A stretch of DNA of 57,485 nt from Octopus sinensis. Taxonomy: Eukaryota. The stretch spans positions 1 to 57,485 of the forward strand of contig NW_021833006.1 of NCBI RefSeq assembly GCF_006345805.1, written 5' to 3'. Shown piece after piece: positions 37,613 to 50,506 of the stretch. The notes below the pieces were generated by a model that made no database searches, was not told the origin of the DNA, and saw nothing but the letters and a program-made list of their open reading frames with translations. How positions within the stretch are numbered: the stretch's first letter is position 1; every line of letters starts with the position of its first letter. The position numbers and the translations under genes are program-made.

Positions 37613-37990
37613 TGTGTGTGTGTGCGTGTGTGTGTATGCGTGTGTGTGGAGTGTGTGTGTATGCGAGTGTGTGGTGTGTGTGGAGTGCATGTATGCATGC
37701 GTGTGTGTGTGTGTGTGCGTGTGTGTATGTGGAGTGTGTATCCCTCTCTGGAGCTTGGTACGTTTACATACAGAAACACGTGTAGCAACGTATATTTAGT
37801 TGTAATTTTGAGGCCTTTAATGAGAGCCTGGGGCTGTCTGCCGAAACCTGCGATGTTAACAGGAAATATACAACAACAGTTACTACTACTGCAACAGCAA
37901 CAACAACAACAATACTATTTTTAGCAATATTCATTCTACTTATTACTGATACTAGTAGTATATTTGTGTGTGTATGTGTGTGTAGTATCA

Positions 37991-38200
37991 GTAAGGCTCT
38001 GAGCTGCGAAATTCGTTCGAGCGTCGAACAAAATACTTAGCATTATTTTTTTCCTGCTCTTTACCCTCCGAGATCTACTTTACTTTTCATCCTTTGAGGT
38101 CGATAAAATAAGTCCAAATTAATCGGAATCGATGTAATCGAAATATTCTCCCTCGTTCCTCCCCATCCTTCTCCGACTTCTTCTAAAATTACTGGCCCTG
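37991..38200 (+). mobile_element. SINE-A, highly diverged monomer
   Basis: AAAATACTTAGC, TTTTCATCCTTTGAGGTCGATAAAATAAGT, GATGTAATCGA. Confidence 0.7.
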
Positions 38201-38222
38201 TTTTGTCAAAATGAGAGTATTC

Positions 38223-38822
38223 TAAGGCAACGCTCTGGCAGAGTCGTAAGTGCGCCAGACAAAATGCTTTGCGGTATATCGTCTGCTGCTACGTTCTGAG
38301 TTCAAATTCCGCCAAGGTCGACTTTGCCTTTCATCCTTTCTGGGTCGATAAATTAAGTACCTGTTACGCACTGAGTCGATGTAATCGACATAATCCATTT
38401 GTCTGTCCTTGTTTGTCCTCTCTGTGTTTAGCCCTTTGTGGGTGGTAAAGAAATAGGTATTTCGTTTGCTGCTACGTTCTGAGTTCAAATTCCGCCGAGG
38501 TCGACTTTGCCTTTTCTCCTTTCGGGGCCGATAAATTAAGTACCTGTTACGCACTGGTGTCGATGTAATCGACTTAATCCGTTTGTCTGTCCTTGTTTGT
38601 CCTCTCTGTGTTTAACCCTTTGTGGGTAGTAAAGAAATAGGTATTTCGTCTGCTGCTACGTTCTGAGTTCAAATTCCTCCGAGGTCGACCTGGCCTTTCA
38701 TTCTTTCAGGTGTCGATAAAATAAGAACTAGTAGTACACTGAGATCAATGTAATCGTCTTAACCTCTCCTCTAAGATTGGTGCCCTTGTGGCAAAATTTG
38801 AAATATCATTATTATTATTTAT
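38223..38822 (+). mobile_element. SINE-A trimer ending in an ATT tail
   Basis: Junctions at 38458 and 38642 (184 nt apart). Confidence 0.94.
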
Positions 38823-38954
38823 TGAGACGGATGGATGTCTGTATTACACATATATGGACACTACTTAGTCTGCTTCTGAGCAAAACAAGTTCAACAATAA
38901 GAAGAGCGATAAGGAATAATAATAATTAATAATAATTCATTCATTAGAATTATA

Positions 38955-39127
38955 TATGTGTGTTTGCGTGTATATATGTATGCATGTGTTTGTGTATATA
39001 TATATATATATATGCGTATGTATGTATATATATATATGCGTATGTGTGTGTATATATATATATATATGCGTGTGTGTATATATAATATATATATGCGTAT
39101 GTGTATATATATCTATATATATGCGTA

Positions 39128-39166
<39 letters not shown>

Positions 39167-39871
39167 GCGTATTGTATATATATCTATATATGCGTATGTG
39201 TGTATATATATATATATATGCGTATGTGTGTATATATATATATATATGCGTATGTGTGTATATATATATATATATGCGTATGTGTGTATATATATATATA
39301 TATGCGTATGTGTGTGTATATATATATGCGTATGTGTGTGTATATATATATGCGTATGTGTGTGTATATATATATGCGTGTGTGTATATATATATATGCG
39401 TATGTGTGTGTATATATATATATGCGTATGTGTGTGTGTATATATATATATGCGTATGTGTGTGTATGTATATATATATATGCGTATGTGGTGTGTATGT
39501 ATATATTATATATATGCGTATGTGTGTATATATATATATTATATATGCGTATGTGTGTATATATATATATAATATGCGTATGTGTGTATATATATATATA
39601 TATATTCGTATGTGTGTAATATATATATATATATATGCGTATGTGTGTATATATATATATATATATGCGTATGTGTGTTGTATATATATATATATATATA
39701 TATATGCGTATGTGTGTATATATATATATATATATATGCGTATGTGTGTATATATATATATATATATGCGTATGTGTATATATATCTATATATATGCGTA
39801 TGGTGTGTGTGTATATATATAATATATATATTATATATATATGCGTGTGTGTATATATATATATATATATA

Positions 39872-39904
<33 letters not shown>

Positions 39905-40313
39905 GCGTATGTGTATATATATCTATATATATGCGTATGTGTATATATATCTATATATATGCGTATGTGTGTATATATATATGCGTATGTGTGTATATAT
40001 ATATATGCGTATGTGTGTATATATATATATATGCGTATGTGTGTATATATATATATGCGTATGTGTATATATATCTATATATATGCGTATGTGTATAATA
40101 TATATCTATATATATATGCGTATGTGTATATATATATATATATATATATGCGTATGTGTATATATATATATCTATATATATGCGTATGTGTATATATATA
40201 TATCTATATATATGCGTATGTGTATATATATATATCTATATATATATGCGTATGTGTATATATATATATCTATATATATGCGTGTGTGTATATATATATA
40301 TTATATATATGCG

Positions 40314-40353
<40 letters not shown>

Positions 40354-40480
40354 TATGTGTTGTATGTATATATGTGTGTGTGTATCTATGCGCGTGTATA
40401 TATGCATATGCGTGTGTGTACATATGTGTATGCATTTGTGTGTGTATATGCGAATGTATATACATGTGTATATGCGTGCG
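38955..40480. repeat. Long compound minisatellite (TA)n-TGCGTATG-(TG)n
   Basis: Dozens of variable-length units with a constant ATGCGTATGTG core. Confidence 0.95.
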
Positions 40481-40837
40481 CCCGTATATATATATATACT
40501 CTTTTCCACTGATGCTTCAAACTTACCACTGAGTGTGTCTGTATACGTGAGTGAGTGTATATTTGTGCGTCAGGTCGAAGGAATAATTGGAAGGAATAGA
40601 TAGAATTCTAATTAAGTTAATTTTCGAAGTGTTGAAGTAACAAATTCTATGAATATTTCGACATTGTTGCCATGTTTGACTGGAGGGCAAATGTGTTTAA
40701 AGTTGTTTGTCTTTAATACAAGGTTCAATAACTCGGCATCTATTGTAGTCGGCGCCAGCCTTCCACACACACACACACACAACACACACACACACACACG
40801 CACACACGCACACGCACGCACACACGCACGCACACAC

Positions 40838-40890
<53 letters not shown>

Positions 40891-41269
40891 TGTGTGTGTA
40901 TGGAATAAGAAAGCGCCCATATATATATATATATATTAGTTTCATGTGTGCGTATGAATATTATTCGTTCATCAGTGTGTAATATGCAAGCACGTATATC
41001 TGTGCATTCGTGTTTATGCGTATGCATTGGTGTATGCGTGGGCATATATATTTGTTTCTACACAAACAAAAGCGAGTGAATGAATTGATTCGAGCGGACA
41101 GGCGAGCCAGTACCAAAAGCCTGCAGCACAACAGAACAGTGGTCACAGTGCGTTTAAAAATGTTGTGGATGAATTTTGTCATCGAAATATTTAAGCCAAA
41201 CGGGTACCTACCAGTTGACATCCCCCACCTCCGATCTCAAGGAAAGAAGTGTGGGCACCAGCACTGAGT

Positions 41270-41588
41270 TTGCTGGAAGTGTTTCAAAGACGGACGAAAT
41301 GCCGCTAAGCATTTCGTCCAGCGTGCTAACGATTCTGCTAGCATACCGCCTTCTTCATCTTGTTTAAATTGGTTTCAAATGTTGGCACAAGGCCAGCAAT
41401 TTCGTTGGAGGGATTAAGTCGAAACGTCAACTCTAGTGTTCGACTGGTGCTTATTTTAGCGACCCCAAAAAAGATGAAATGCAAAGTGGACCTCGGCGGA
41501 ATTTAAATTTGGATCGTAAAGACAAACGAAATTCCTTTTGCTAATTATTTTGTCCTGCGAGCTCGCGATTCTGCCAGCTCGCCGCTTT
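41270..41588 (-). mobile_element. SINE-A head fragment plus diverged monomer
   Basis: GACGAAATGCCGCTAAGCATTTCG at ~41292; GATTCTGCCAGCTCGCCGC at ~41568. Confidence 0.82.
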
Positions 41589-41655
41589 AAATATTAACTC
41601 CGAAGAGTCATACATACTCCGGTTGAGAACCAATGTTGTAGAAAGTGGCTATACC

Positions 41656-41880
41656 TATTTCTTTATTACCCACAAGGGGCTAAACACAGAGGGGACAAAC
41701 AAGGACAGACACACGGATTAAGTTGATTATATCGACCCCAGTGCGTAACTGGTACTTAATTTATCGACCTCGAAAGGATGAAAGGCAAAGTCGACCTCGG
41801 CAGAATTTGAACTCAGAACGTAACGGCAGACGAAATACCGCTGAGCATTTCGCCCGGCGTGCTAACGATTCTGCCTGCTC
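41656..41880 (-). mobile_element. SINE-A monomer with a 21-bp TSD
   Basis: GTTGTAGAAAGTGGCTATACC (41635-41655) and GTTGTAGCAAGTGGCTATACC (41881-41901). Confidence 0.95.
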
Positions 41881-41957
41881 GTTGTAGCAAGTGGCTATAC
41901 CGTGAACAGCGAGTGGTTGATTGAGACACTAACGAAAATATTTAGAACAGACTTTAA

Positions 41958-42172
41958 ACCTTTTAGGTCACCCAGACCAATTCATCGACCCATGTGATAC
42001 AGGCTGAAAGGACTTTGACGCCGATCCATCGCCTCGATGAAACAAATGTGAAATGGTTGGTTTTTAGGTGTTATAGCTAATCAGAGATCGTCTATCAGTC
42101 GATTTATATGAATAGAAAAAAAAATTGGGTTTTTTGACTATATTTAACAAAAGATTGTGTGTCTCAAAAGGG
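41958..42172. mobile_element. Candidate decayed piggyBac-like MITE
   Basis: TTAA|ACCTTTTAGGTCAC ... GTGTCTCAAAAGGG|TTAG; 10/14 TIR match and one TSD mismatch. Confidence 0.45.
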
Positions 42173-42213
42173 TTAGCAAGAAGGGGCTGAATCAGAATCT
42201 GTAAATGATCCAC

Positions 42214-42357
42214 ATTCACAATGATAATGGCGAAGTACACAAAGATTTGGTAGCAAATCAGGAAAACGACATATTGGACTTGTCAATGGTTCCCTAATAT
42301 CACCGTACAATCTGCTCCGACTTCCACCTGTTTGGTTCAGTGAAAGGCAAACTTTAG
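42214..42357 (+). mobile_element. Mariner transposase C-terminal fragment, heavily decayed
   Basis: IHNDNGEVH (cf. HHDNA.PH), then after frameshifts PY...DFHLFGSVKGKL. Confidence 0.65.
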
Positions 42358-42362
42358 GGACT

Positions 42363-42486
42363 GGCACCCAGTAGGGTTCGACGACGAGGGTCCCGGTTGA
42401 TTCGACCAACGGAACAACCTGGTCGTGAACTTGACGTGCGAGTGGCTGAGCACTCAGTAGACACGCGTACTCCTCACGTACTTCTC
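42363..42486 (-). mobile_element. SINE-C 3' fragment
   Basis: Reverse complement of ~17120-17235 (GTGGCTGAGCACTC, GACGACGAGGG). Confidence 0.85.
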
Positions 42487-43948
42487 ACAACGTTAGAAAG
42501 CCGATCTGAGAGAAAAATTGGCTGTTATTTCTTGCATGTATAACGACCTGCTACAGCTGTTTGCTCGGCGGGTCATGGTTTTCTAGCGTTATTGTATGCT
42601 GCGTTTTATTTTGACGATTAAAACGTGGAAACAATGGTGATTGATTCGATGAGATTCATTTGAAACAATTAGGAACAATGAATTAATCTACAATGCACAG
42701 CACTCTAAAAACAGCCTGCCCCCGCATTTAAATAAATGTGTGTGTGAGAGAGAAAAACAGATTGTATATGTATGTATATATGTGTGTATATATATATATG
42801 TAAATATGTGTGTATGAATGTGTGTATATAGATATGTGTGTGTATATAAATATGTATCTATATATGTGTGTATATATATGTGTGTGTATATATATATGTA
42901 CATATGTGTATATACGTGTGTATATATGTGTGTATATATGTGTGTATATACGTGTGTATATTTATGTGTGTGTATATCTATATAAGTATATATATGTGTT
43001 TGTGTAAATATATGTGTATATATATATATGTTTATATTGTAGATATATCAATATGTGTATATATATATATGTTTATATTGTAGATATATCAATATGTGTA
43101 TATATGTTTATATTGTAGATATATCAATATGTAAATATATATATACATGTATATATGTATGTTTATGTGTATATATATATTTGTATATGTAAGTATATGT
43201 GTACATACATTTGTTTAAACGCAAACACGCATACACCCGCCTACATACATATATATATATATATTTTCCTGTAAACAAACATATAAACATATGTATATAC
43301 TTCGAAGACAGAAGGAAAGACTCTGTGTATGTGTTTGAGTGAATAAATGTGAATAAATAATAGACAAAATTCCGAAAATGTCGGCCAAAAAATATAAAAA
43401 GAAGCCGAAATGTTTCTTCATTATAATTGATGTTTTACTGTTGTTTTTGCCGCTTAAAGTACTCCACTACAGGAGACAAATAAAAGCATCTTGATATCCA
43501 ACAGTCTCACACATCGCAACCACGCAACCAAAGAATATATATATATATATATACATACAGAAACAGGCGGCTATACAGCGTTATTCTAATTCCATAGACA
43601 TACGGATGGGGATGACGTAGACACACATTCCTCCCATGGACACATTGAAATTATATGCACTGTACACATTTATAAACAAACATACGCAAACATAACTCAG
43701 GCGTGGGCATGAACATACATACACCCATGTGTGTGTGTGTGCATGTAAGTAGAAATACAAATATATACACACACACATGCATATATATATATATACACAC
43801 TTATATATACATATATATATACACATATATATACGCATATATATATACATACATACACACACACACATATATATATATACACACACACATAGATATATAT
43901 ATACACACACTTATATATACATATATATATACACACATATATATACGC

Positions 43949-43979
<31 letters not shown>

Positions 43980-44082
43980 TATATATGAATAAGTTAATGT
44001 GTGTATGTATGTATATTTATACATTTATATAGGTATCTCTATATATTTAGGCGTGTACACACACACAAACACATATATCTAC

Positions 44083-44122
<40 letters not shown>

Positions 44123-44779
44123 GTAGGTATGCACTTACATTAATACTAATACGTATATACATACACACAACGAGAGAGAGAGAGAAATGCATATATATAT
44201 AATATATATATATATATAGAACGTGTAAATATATATGTATACGCATACACACATGAATATTCAAAATGTCAGCCACAATAATAATAATAATAAATAACAA
44301 GAATAATATAGCAGAGTTGACGAAAACAATGAAAAATATGAAGAAAAAAAACCCCAATTTCCAACGATAACATAAATAAATACATTCTCTCCTCTCTTCA
44401 ATACTTTAATTGTTAAATCAACAATGCATAAATCTAATATTTGGTTTGTCAACGTAGAACTCTGTTGACTGTCGTCCTCCCCATCGTTTTCTAAATTAAT
44501 ATATATTAGTTTTATTTTAAATAATGAATTTCTATAATTCGCAGAAGTAATTCACATGTAAAGCAATAGGTAGGTTACTATTAACATACATAATTCTGTG
44601 TGTGTAGGTGTGTGAGGGAGAGAGAGAGGGAGTGTATATTTATGAACACAATGAATATAAATATATATATAAGTACACATATACACATACACGTATGCAT
44701 GCGTATTTTCGCTTGCGTACATCGTGTATATTCTTGTATATATTTTCCCCTGTGTGAGCGTATTTAAATATCTATGGTA

Positions 44780-44821
<42 letters not shown>

Positions 44822-44826
<5 letters not shown>

Positions 44827-45183
44827 GAGAATTCACAAATAGCAAAAGACGAAGTCAGGTGGTGTAGGCAACAAAGAGATGTATTAATATAACGCTCGGG
44901 AAGTGAACAAGTCTTTAACGTTTCGAGCCGACGCTCTTCCACACAAAGGAACACAGAAAAGAGGAGAAAAAATAAAGAGAGAAAATACCATATATATATA
45001 TATATATATATAAATATATAAAGACAGGTGGTGTAGACAACAAACAGATGTATTAGTTTCACGCTCAGGAAGTGAAAAAGTCTTTAACGTTTCGAGCCTA
45101 CGCTCTTCCACAGAAAGGAACACAGAAAGAAACAAAAAGTGAAAATAAAGAATGTATAGTGGCTAGCGATCTATCATGGCGAA
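44822..45183 (-). mobile_element. Two direct ~170-bp repeats, each with a hammerhead-like motif (PLE pseudo-LTR-like)
   Basis: 44850-44975 is repeated at 45021-45140, separated by (TA)n. Minus-strand motif CUUU-CUGUGGA-A-GAGC(GUAG)GCUC-GAAAC-GUU-AAAG at 45082-45117; second copy at 44913-44948 has GUGUGGA. Confidence 0.65.
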
Positions 45184-45837
45184 TACATTGTTGTATTTAG
45201 GGACGGTCATATTGCCAATTTGGCCATTGAGAACACACGCACTATATATTTGGTGTTCACTTGCTTCAGCTTTATTCCATATTAATTGTATTTCGTAACA
45301 CTTCTGTGGCCTCATCAGTGGTCCTTTACTTTCTTCTTTCTTTATTTTTTGTGTCTCTCCTTCCTAATGATCTGCCATTTTGTATTCCTGTTGTATGTCT
45401 TTATTTGCGCATGCGTATACCCTTCTGTGTGTTTCTATGTTTAGTAAGTATGTGGGGGGGGGGGGCGAATGTGTATGGTACCTGCATAATCAGTATCCCC
45501 TGTTTATTCACGTTCGTTTAATTTCTTTTAAACTTAATTTATTATATTTTGTTTATGTACATAATTAATGAATTCCATTTATTTATCTGTCTATAGTATT
45601 AGTTTATTATTATTAATTCATGGGATTTTATTCTGTCGTAGGTTGTGGTGTATGTGGGGAGGGGTGCTAGTGTTCCATTCTAGTTTTCTATTTAGGCTAG
45701 ATTTATCTTCTATTATGCGTGTAGCTTCCTTAATTTGTCTAAGCGTTGCGTCCGTTCTTTTGAGGCCTCCGTTAGATTTTGTTTTATGTATGAATGAGCT
45801 ACTCCACGTCGGACACCGGAGTGGTATTTGATCACTA

Positions 45838-46250
45838 TAGGGCAGCGAGCTGGCAGAATTGTTAGCACGTCGGGCGAAATGCTTAGTTGTATTTCGTCTG
45901 CCACTGCATTCTGAGTTCAAATTCCGCCGAGGTCGACTTTGCCTTTCATCCTTTCGGGGTCGATAAATTAAGTACCAGTTACGCACTCGGGTCGATATAA
46001 TCGACTTAATCCATTTGTTTGTCCTTGTTTGTCCTCTCTGTGTTTAGCCCCTTGTGGGTAGTAAACAAATGGGTATTTCGTCTGCCGCAACGTTCTGAGT
46101 TCAAATTCCGCCGAGGTCGACTTTGCCTTTCATCATTTCGTGGTCGATTAAATAAGTACCAGTTACGCACTGGGGTCGATATAATCGACTTAATCCGTTT
46201 GTCTGTCCTTGTTTGTCCCCTCTGTGTTTAGCCCCTTGTGGGTAGTAAAG
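45838..46250 (+). mobile_element. SINE-A dimer
   Basis: Unit starts at 45890 and 46074 (184 nt apart). Confidence 0.94.
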
Positions 46251-46619
46251 ATTAAAAATTCTTTGAGAATATGTAAGAGTTCAAACCATGCCTCTATCTT
46301 ATTATTTTTTTATCTCAAAACATTAACATTATTTCTATTATACTTTATCCTGGTTAAGCTACTTCACCGATTATATCACATTGAACCAGTTGTCGCAAAC
46401 CAAGCGATCAAGTACTAGATTTCTTTTTAGCTTTTTTTATAATAATTTAGAACCTTTACGTAAAACATTCTTATAAAATGTTTTCTGTTGTTACAGAATA
46501 AAAGCACAATATTTAATTCCGTTTTATAACACCAAAAATATTTGGCACTTTACGTTTCTATTGGCGAATCATCCGATTTTGCCTCCCACTTCTCTCTCTC
46601 TCTGTTGTTCTTCTTCAGT

Positions 46620-47085
46620 CTTTTATTATTATTATTATTATTATTATTATCATTATTATTATTATTATTATCATCATTATCATCATTATTATTATTATTA
46701 TTATCATTATTATTATTATCATTATTATTATCATTATTATTATTATTATTATTATTATCATTATTATCATTATTATCATTATTATCATTATTATCATTAT
46801 CATTATTATCATTATTATTATTATTATTATCATTATTATCATTATTATTATTATTATCATTATTATTATTATTATTATTATCATTATTATTATTACTATT
46901 ATTATTATTATTATCATTATTATCATTATCATTATTATTATTGTTATTATCATTATTATCATTATCATTATTATTATTGTTATTATCATTATTATCATTA
47001 TCATTATTATTATTGTTATTATCATTATTATCATTATTATTATTGTTATTATCATTATTATCATTATCATTATTATCATTATTAC
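46620..47085. repeat. ~465-bp (ATT)n/(ATC)n trinucleotide tract
   Basis: Direct reading. Confidence 0.97.
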
Positions 47086-47313
47086 ATTAAATCTCGTGAT
47101 TTAATAAAATTCATAACGACAGAACGATGACTACAGACAAAGACAAGCAAACAGACGGATATCTTCTGGCTCTGACATGTTTTCTTAATTTAAGAATAGG
47201 ACTTGTTTTAGAATTCCGGAACTACTTGGATGTAAACACGATTTTTATTTTACAGAAATTTGAAATATTTAAAAAAACATAGGAATACTCTTTATGATGA
47301 ATAGCTATGCGTA

Positions 47314-47658
47314 GGCGCAGTCATGGCTGTGTGGTAAGAAGCTTGCTTCCCAACCACATGGTTCCGCGTTCAGTCCCACTGCGTGGCACCTTAGATAAGA
47401 ATCTTCTACTATAACCTCGGGCCGACCAAAGCCTTGTGAGCGGATTTGGAAGGTGGAAACTGAAAGAAGTCCATGCCTATACACACACACACACACACAC
47501 ACACGTGTGTGTGTGTATTTGTTCCCCACCAGAGCTTGACAACCGATGTTGGTGTGTTTACATCCCCGCCACTAGCGGTTCGGAAAAAGTACGGGGCTTT
47601 TAGAAAAGAGTACTGGGGTCGATTCCTTCGACTACAAATTCTTCAAAGCGGTGCCCCC
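47314..47658 (+). mobile_element. SINE-B, near full-length copy
   Basis: Head, internal (CA)n(TG)n, 3' half with internal deletions. Confidence 0.9.
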
Positions 47659-48004
47659 TAATTACTAAAGCAAAGTAAACTATACACCTAGAAACTCCGC
47701 ACGTGCGTGTGCATTCCTAGATATGTATGTATAGATGTATACATCGGCACAAAAGTAGAATGCACACTGTCGGATATGCAGCCTAGCATCATGGGCAGTA
47801 CAGTTTCATCAGGGCTCCCACACTCTGACGTTTCGAAGTAAAACTGAAGGAGTCCGCAAACTGAATGGAGTGTTTTGTATGAGGGGCTGCTCTTCGTAGG
47901 AGTCTTGACCTAGTGTTCACCTTTACTAAATGTGGGGGTGTCACGCGAAAGGATCCTAAAAATAGGTCATGGTTGGAATGAAGGTTTCGTCTTTTATTCT
48001 TATT

Positions 48005-48160
48005 TGCTTCAGGCATTTCACTGCGACCATGCTGGAGCACTGCCTTTAGTCGAACAAATTGATCTTAGGGCTTATTCTATGTAAGTCTAGTACTTATTCT
48101 TTCGTTCTCTTTTGCCGAATCGCTAAGTTACGGGGACCTAAACCGCTAAGTTACGGGGAT
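48005..48160 (-). mobile_element. SINE-B 3' half abutting the 29-bp array
   Basis: GACCATGCTGGAGCACTGCCTTTAGTCGA; CGCTAAGTTACGGGGA is duplicated at the junction. Confidence 0.85.
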
Positions 48161-49498
48161 CTCACTTCGACCCTATCGATGGTGCCTTCTCACTTCGCCC
48201 CTTACCGATGGCGCCTTCTCACTTCAACCCCTACCGATGGAACCTTCTCACTTCGAGCCCCACTGACGGCGCCTTCTCACTTCGACCCTTACCGATTGCG
48301 CCGTCTCACTTCGACCCCTACCGATGGTGCCTTCTCACTTCGACCCCTACCGATGGCGCCTTCTCACTTCGACCCCTACCTATGGCGCCTTCTCACTTCG
48401 ACCCCTACAGATGGTGCCTTCTCACTTCGAACCCTACCGATGGTGCCTTCTCACTTCGACCCCTACCGATGGTGCCTTCTCACTTCGACCCCTACCGATG
48501 GCGCCTTCTCACTTCGACCCCTACCGATGGCGCCTTCTCACTTCGACCCCTACAGATGGTGCCTTCTCACTTCGATCCCTACCGATGGCACCTTCTCACT
48601 TCGACCCCTACAGATGGTACCTTCTCACTTCGACCCCTACCGATGGCGCCTTCTCACTTCGACCCTTACCGATGGCGCCTTCTCACTTCGAGCCCCACCA
48701 ATGGCGCCTTCTCACTTCGACCCCTACCGATGGCGCCTTCTCACTTCGAGCCCCACCGACGGCGTCTTCTGATTCGAGCCCCACCAATGGCGCCTTCTCA
48801 CTTCGACCCCTACCGATGGCGCCTTCTCACTTCGACCCCTACCGATGGTGCCTTCTCACTTCGAACCCTACCGATGGCGCCTTCTCACTTCGAGCCCCAC
48901 CGACGGCGCCTTCTCACTTCGAGCCCCACCGACGGCGCCTTCTCACTTCGAGCCCCACCGACGGCGCCTTCTCACTTCGAGCCCCACCGACGGCGCCTTC
49001 TCACTTCGACCCCTACCGATGGTGCCTTCTCACTTCGACCCCTACCGATGGCGCCTTCTCACTTCGACCCCTACCGATGGCGCCTTCTCACTTCGACCCC
49101 TACCGATGGCGCCTTCTCACTTCGAGCCCCACCGACGGCGTCTTCTGATTCGAGCCCCACCAATGGCGCCTTCTCACTTCGACCCCTACCGATGGCGCCT
49201 TCTCACTTCGACCCCTACCGATGGTGCCTTCTCACTTCGAACCCTACCGATGGCGCCTTCTCACTTCGAGCCCCACCGACGGCGCCTTCTCACTTCGAGC
49301 CCCACCGACGGCGCCTTCTCACTTCGAGCCCCACCGACGGCGCCTTCTCACTTCGAGCCCCACCGACGGCGCCTTCTCACTTCGAGCCCCACCGACGGCG
49401 CCTTCTCACTTCGAGCCCCACCGACGGCGCCTTCTCACTTCGAGCCCCACCGACGGCGCCTTCTCACTTCGAGCCCCAACGACGGCGCCTTCTCACTC
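48160..49498. repeat. GC-rich 29-bp minisatellite, about 46 copies
   Basis: Unit TTCTCACTTCGACCCCTACCGATGGCGCC (18/29 GC) and variant TTCTCACTTCGAGCCCCACCGACGGCGCC. Confidence 0.98.
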
Positions 49499-50226
49499 TG
49501 AATCCCGGCGACAACCGTCTTCTATCTCTCCCAAATGGATCACAGACGTACCATGTACCACTCAATCACACATATAAGGATTCATATAAACTATTGTTTC
49601 CCCACCTCTCTCCGCATAACAACATTTAGCCTGGTATTTATCGCGCCAATATATCTAACACTTCAACTTCCAGAAAATTAATATGAATTTTTTTGTTTAA
49701 ATACACGAAAGAAAAATGAGTTCTTTATTTCTGCGTTTTTCGTTCGTTTGTCGTTCTTCTTTCTCTTTACAAGATATATCATAGTTTCATAGTTTCTCAA
49801 ATTGAAATATAAACCTAAATTGTGTTTCGAGTTTGATCTTGGCGCAAGACAAATTTGTCGAATGCTATTCCAACACGGCATTACACTATCCAAACATATT
49901 GAAATCATTAAATGGAAGAACAGTGCCAAGATTTTATTTGCACTGGTCTTTCTTCAGTACTTCCAACAATTTCTCTTCGAGACAAAGACAAATATCTTCA
50001 TACGTCTTAGTACATAACAACTATAAACTTAAGATCTGAAAGAGAATGGGGGCGTTGCTTTTACATTGTTTTATTTAGATTTTTTTCATTCTTTTTAGTG
50101 GCGGTGATTTTTTTTTCCTTTTATTTTGGCGCGGATGATGGCGTATTGTTTGCCAAATATATTTTCATTTTTTTTTCCTTCTGAATTCTGTTCTCTATAA
50201 TTCACAAACCAATATTTACTCCAGAA

Positions 50227-50229
<3 letters not shown>

Positions 50230-50297
<68 letters not shown>

Positions 50298-50441
50298 GCA
50301 CACAAACTCACACAAAGTGTGTATTAGGTATGAAAGACTTTTATATCTTGCACATTACGTAAATGTACAGGTGTCCGCGTGTGTGACAGTATAAACACAT
50401 CAAGACATAGTTAAGCATATATGTACGTGTGTGTGTATGTG

Positions 50442-50506
<65 letters not shown>

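Noticed and set aside
47801-47846. CUGAUGA and GAAACGUC on the minus strand in type II hammerhead order
   Set aside because: Stem I does not pair and stem II would need a 7-nt bulge.
48160-49498. CRISPR-like appearance of the 29-bp repeat
   Set aside because: Units are contiguous with no unique spacers, there are no cas genes, and the context is eukaryotic.
48059-49629. 237-473 aa ORFs in all three + frames (MAPSHFDPYRWRLLTSTPTDGAFSLRPLP repeats)
   Set aside because: The 29-bp unit has no stop codon on the + strand, so every frame is open with an 87-nt period. This is an artefact of the minisatellite.
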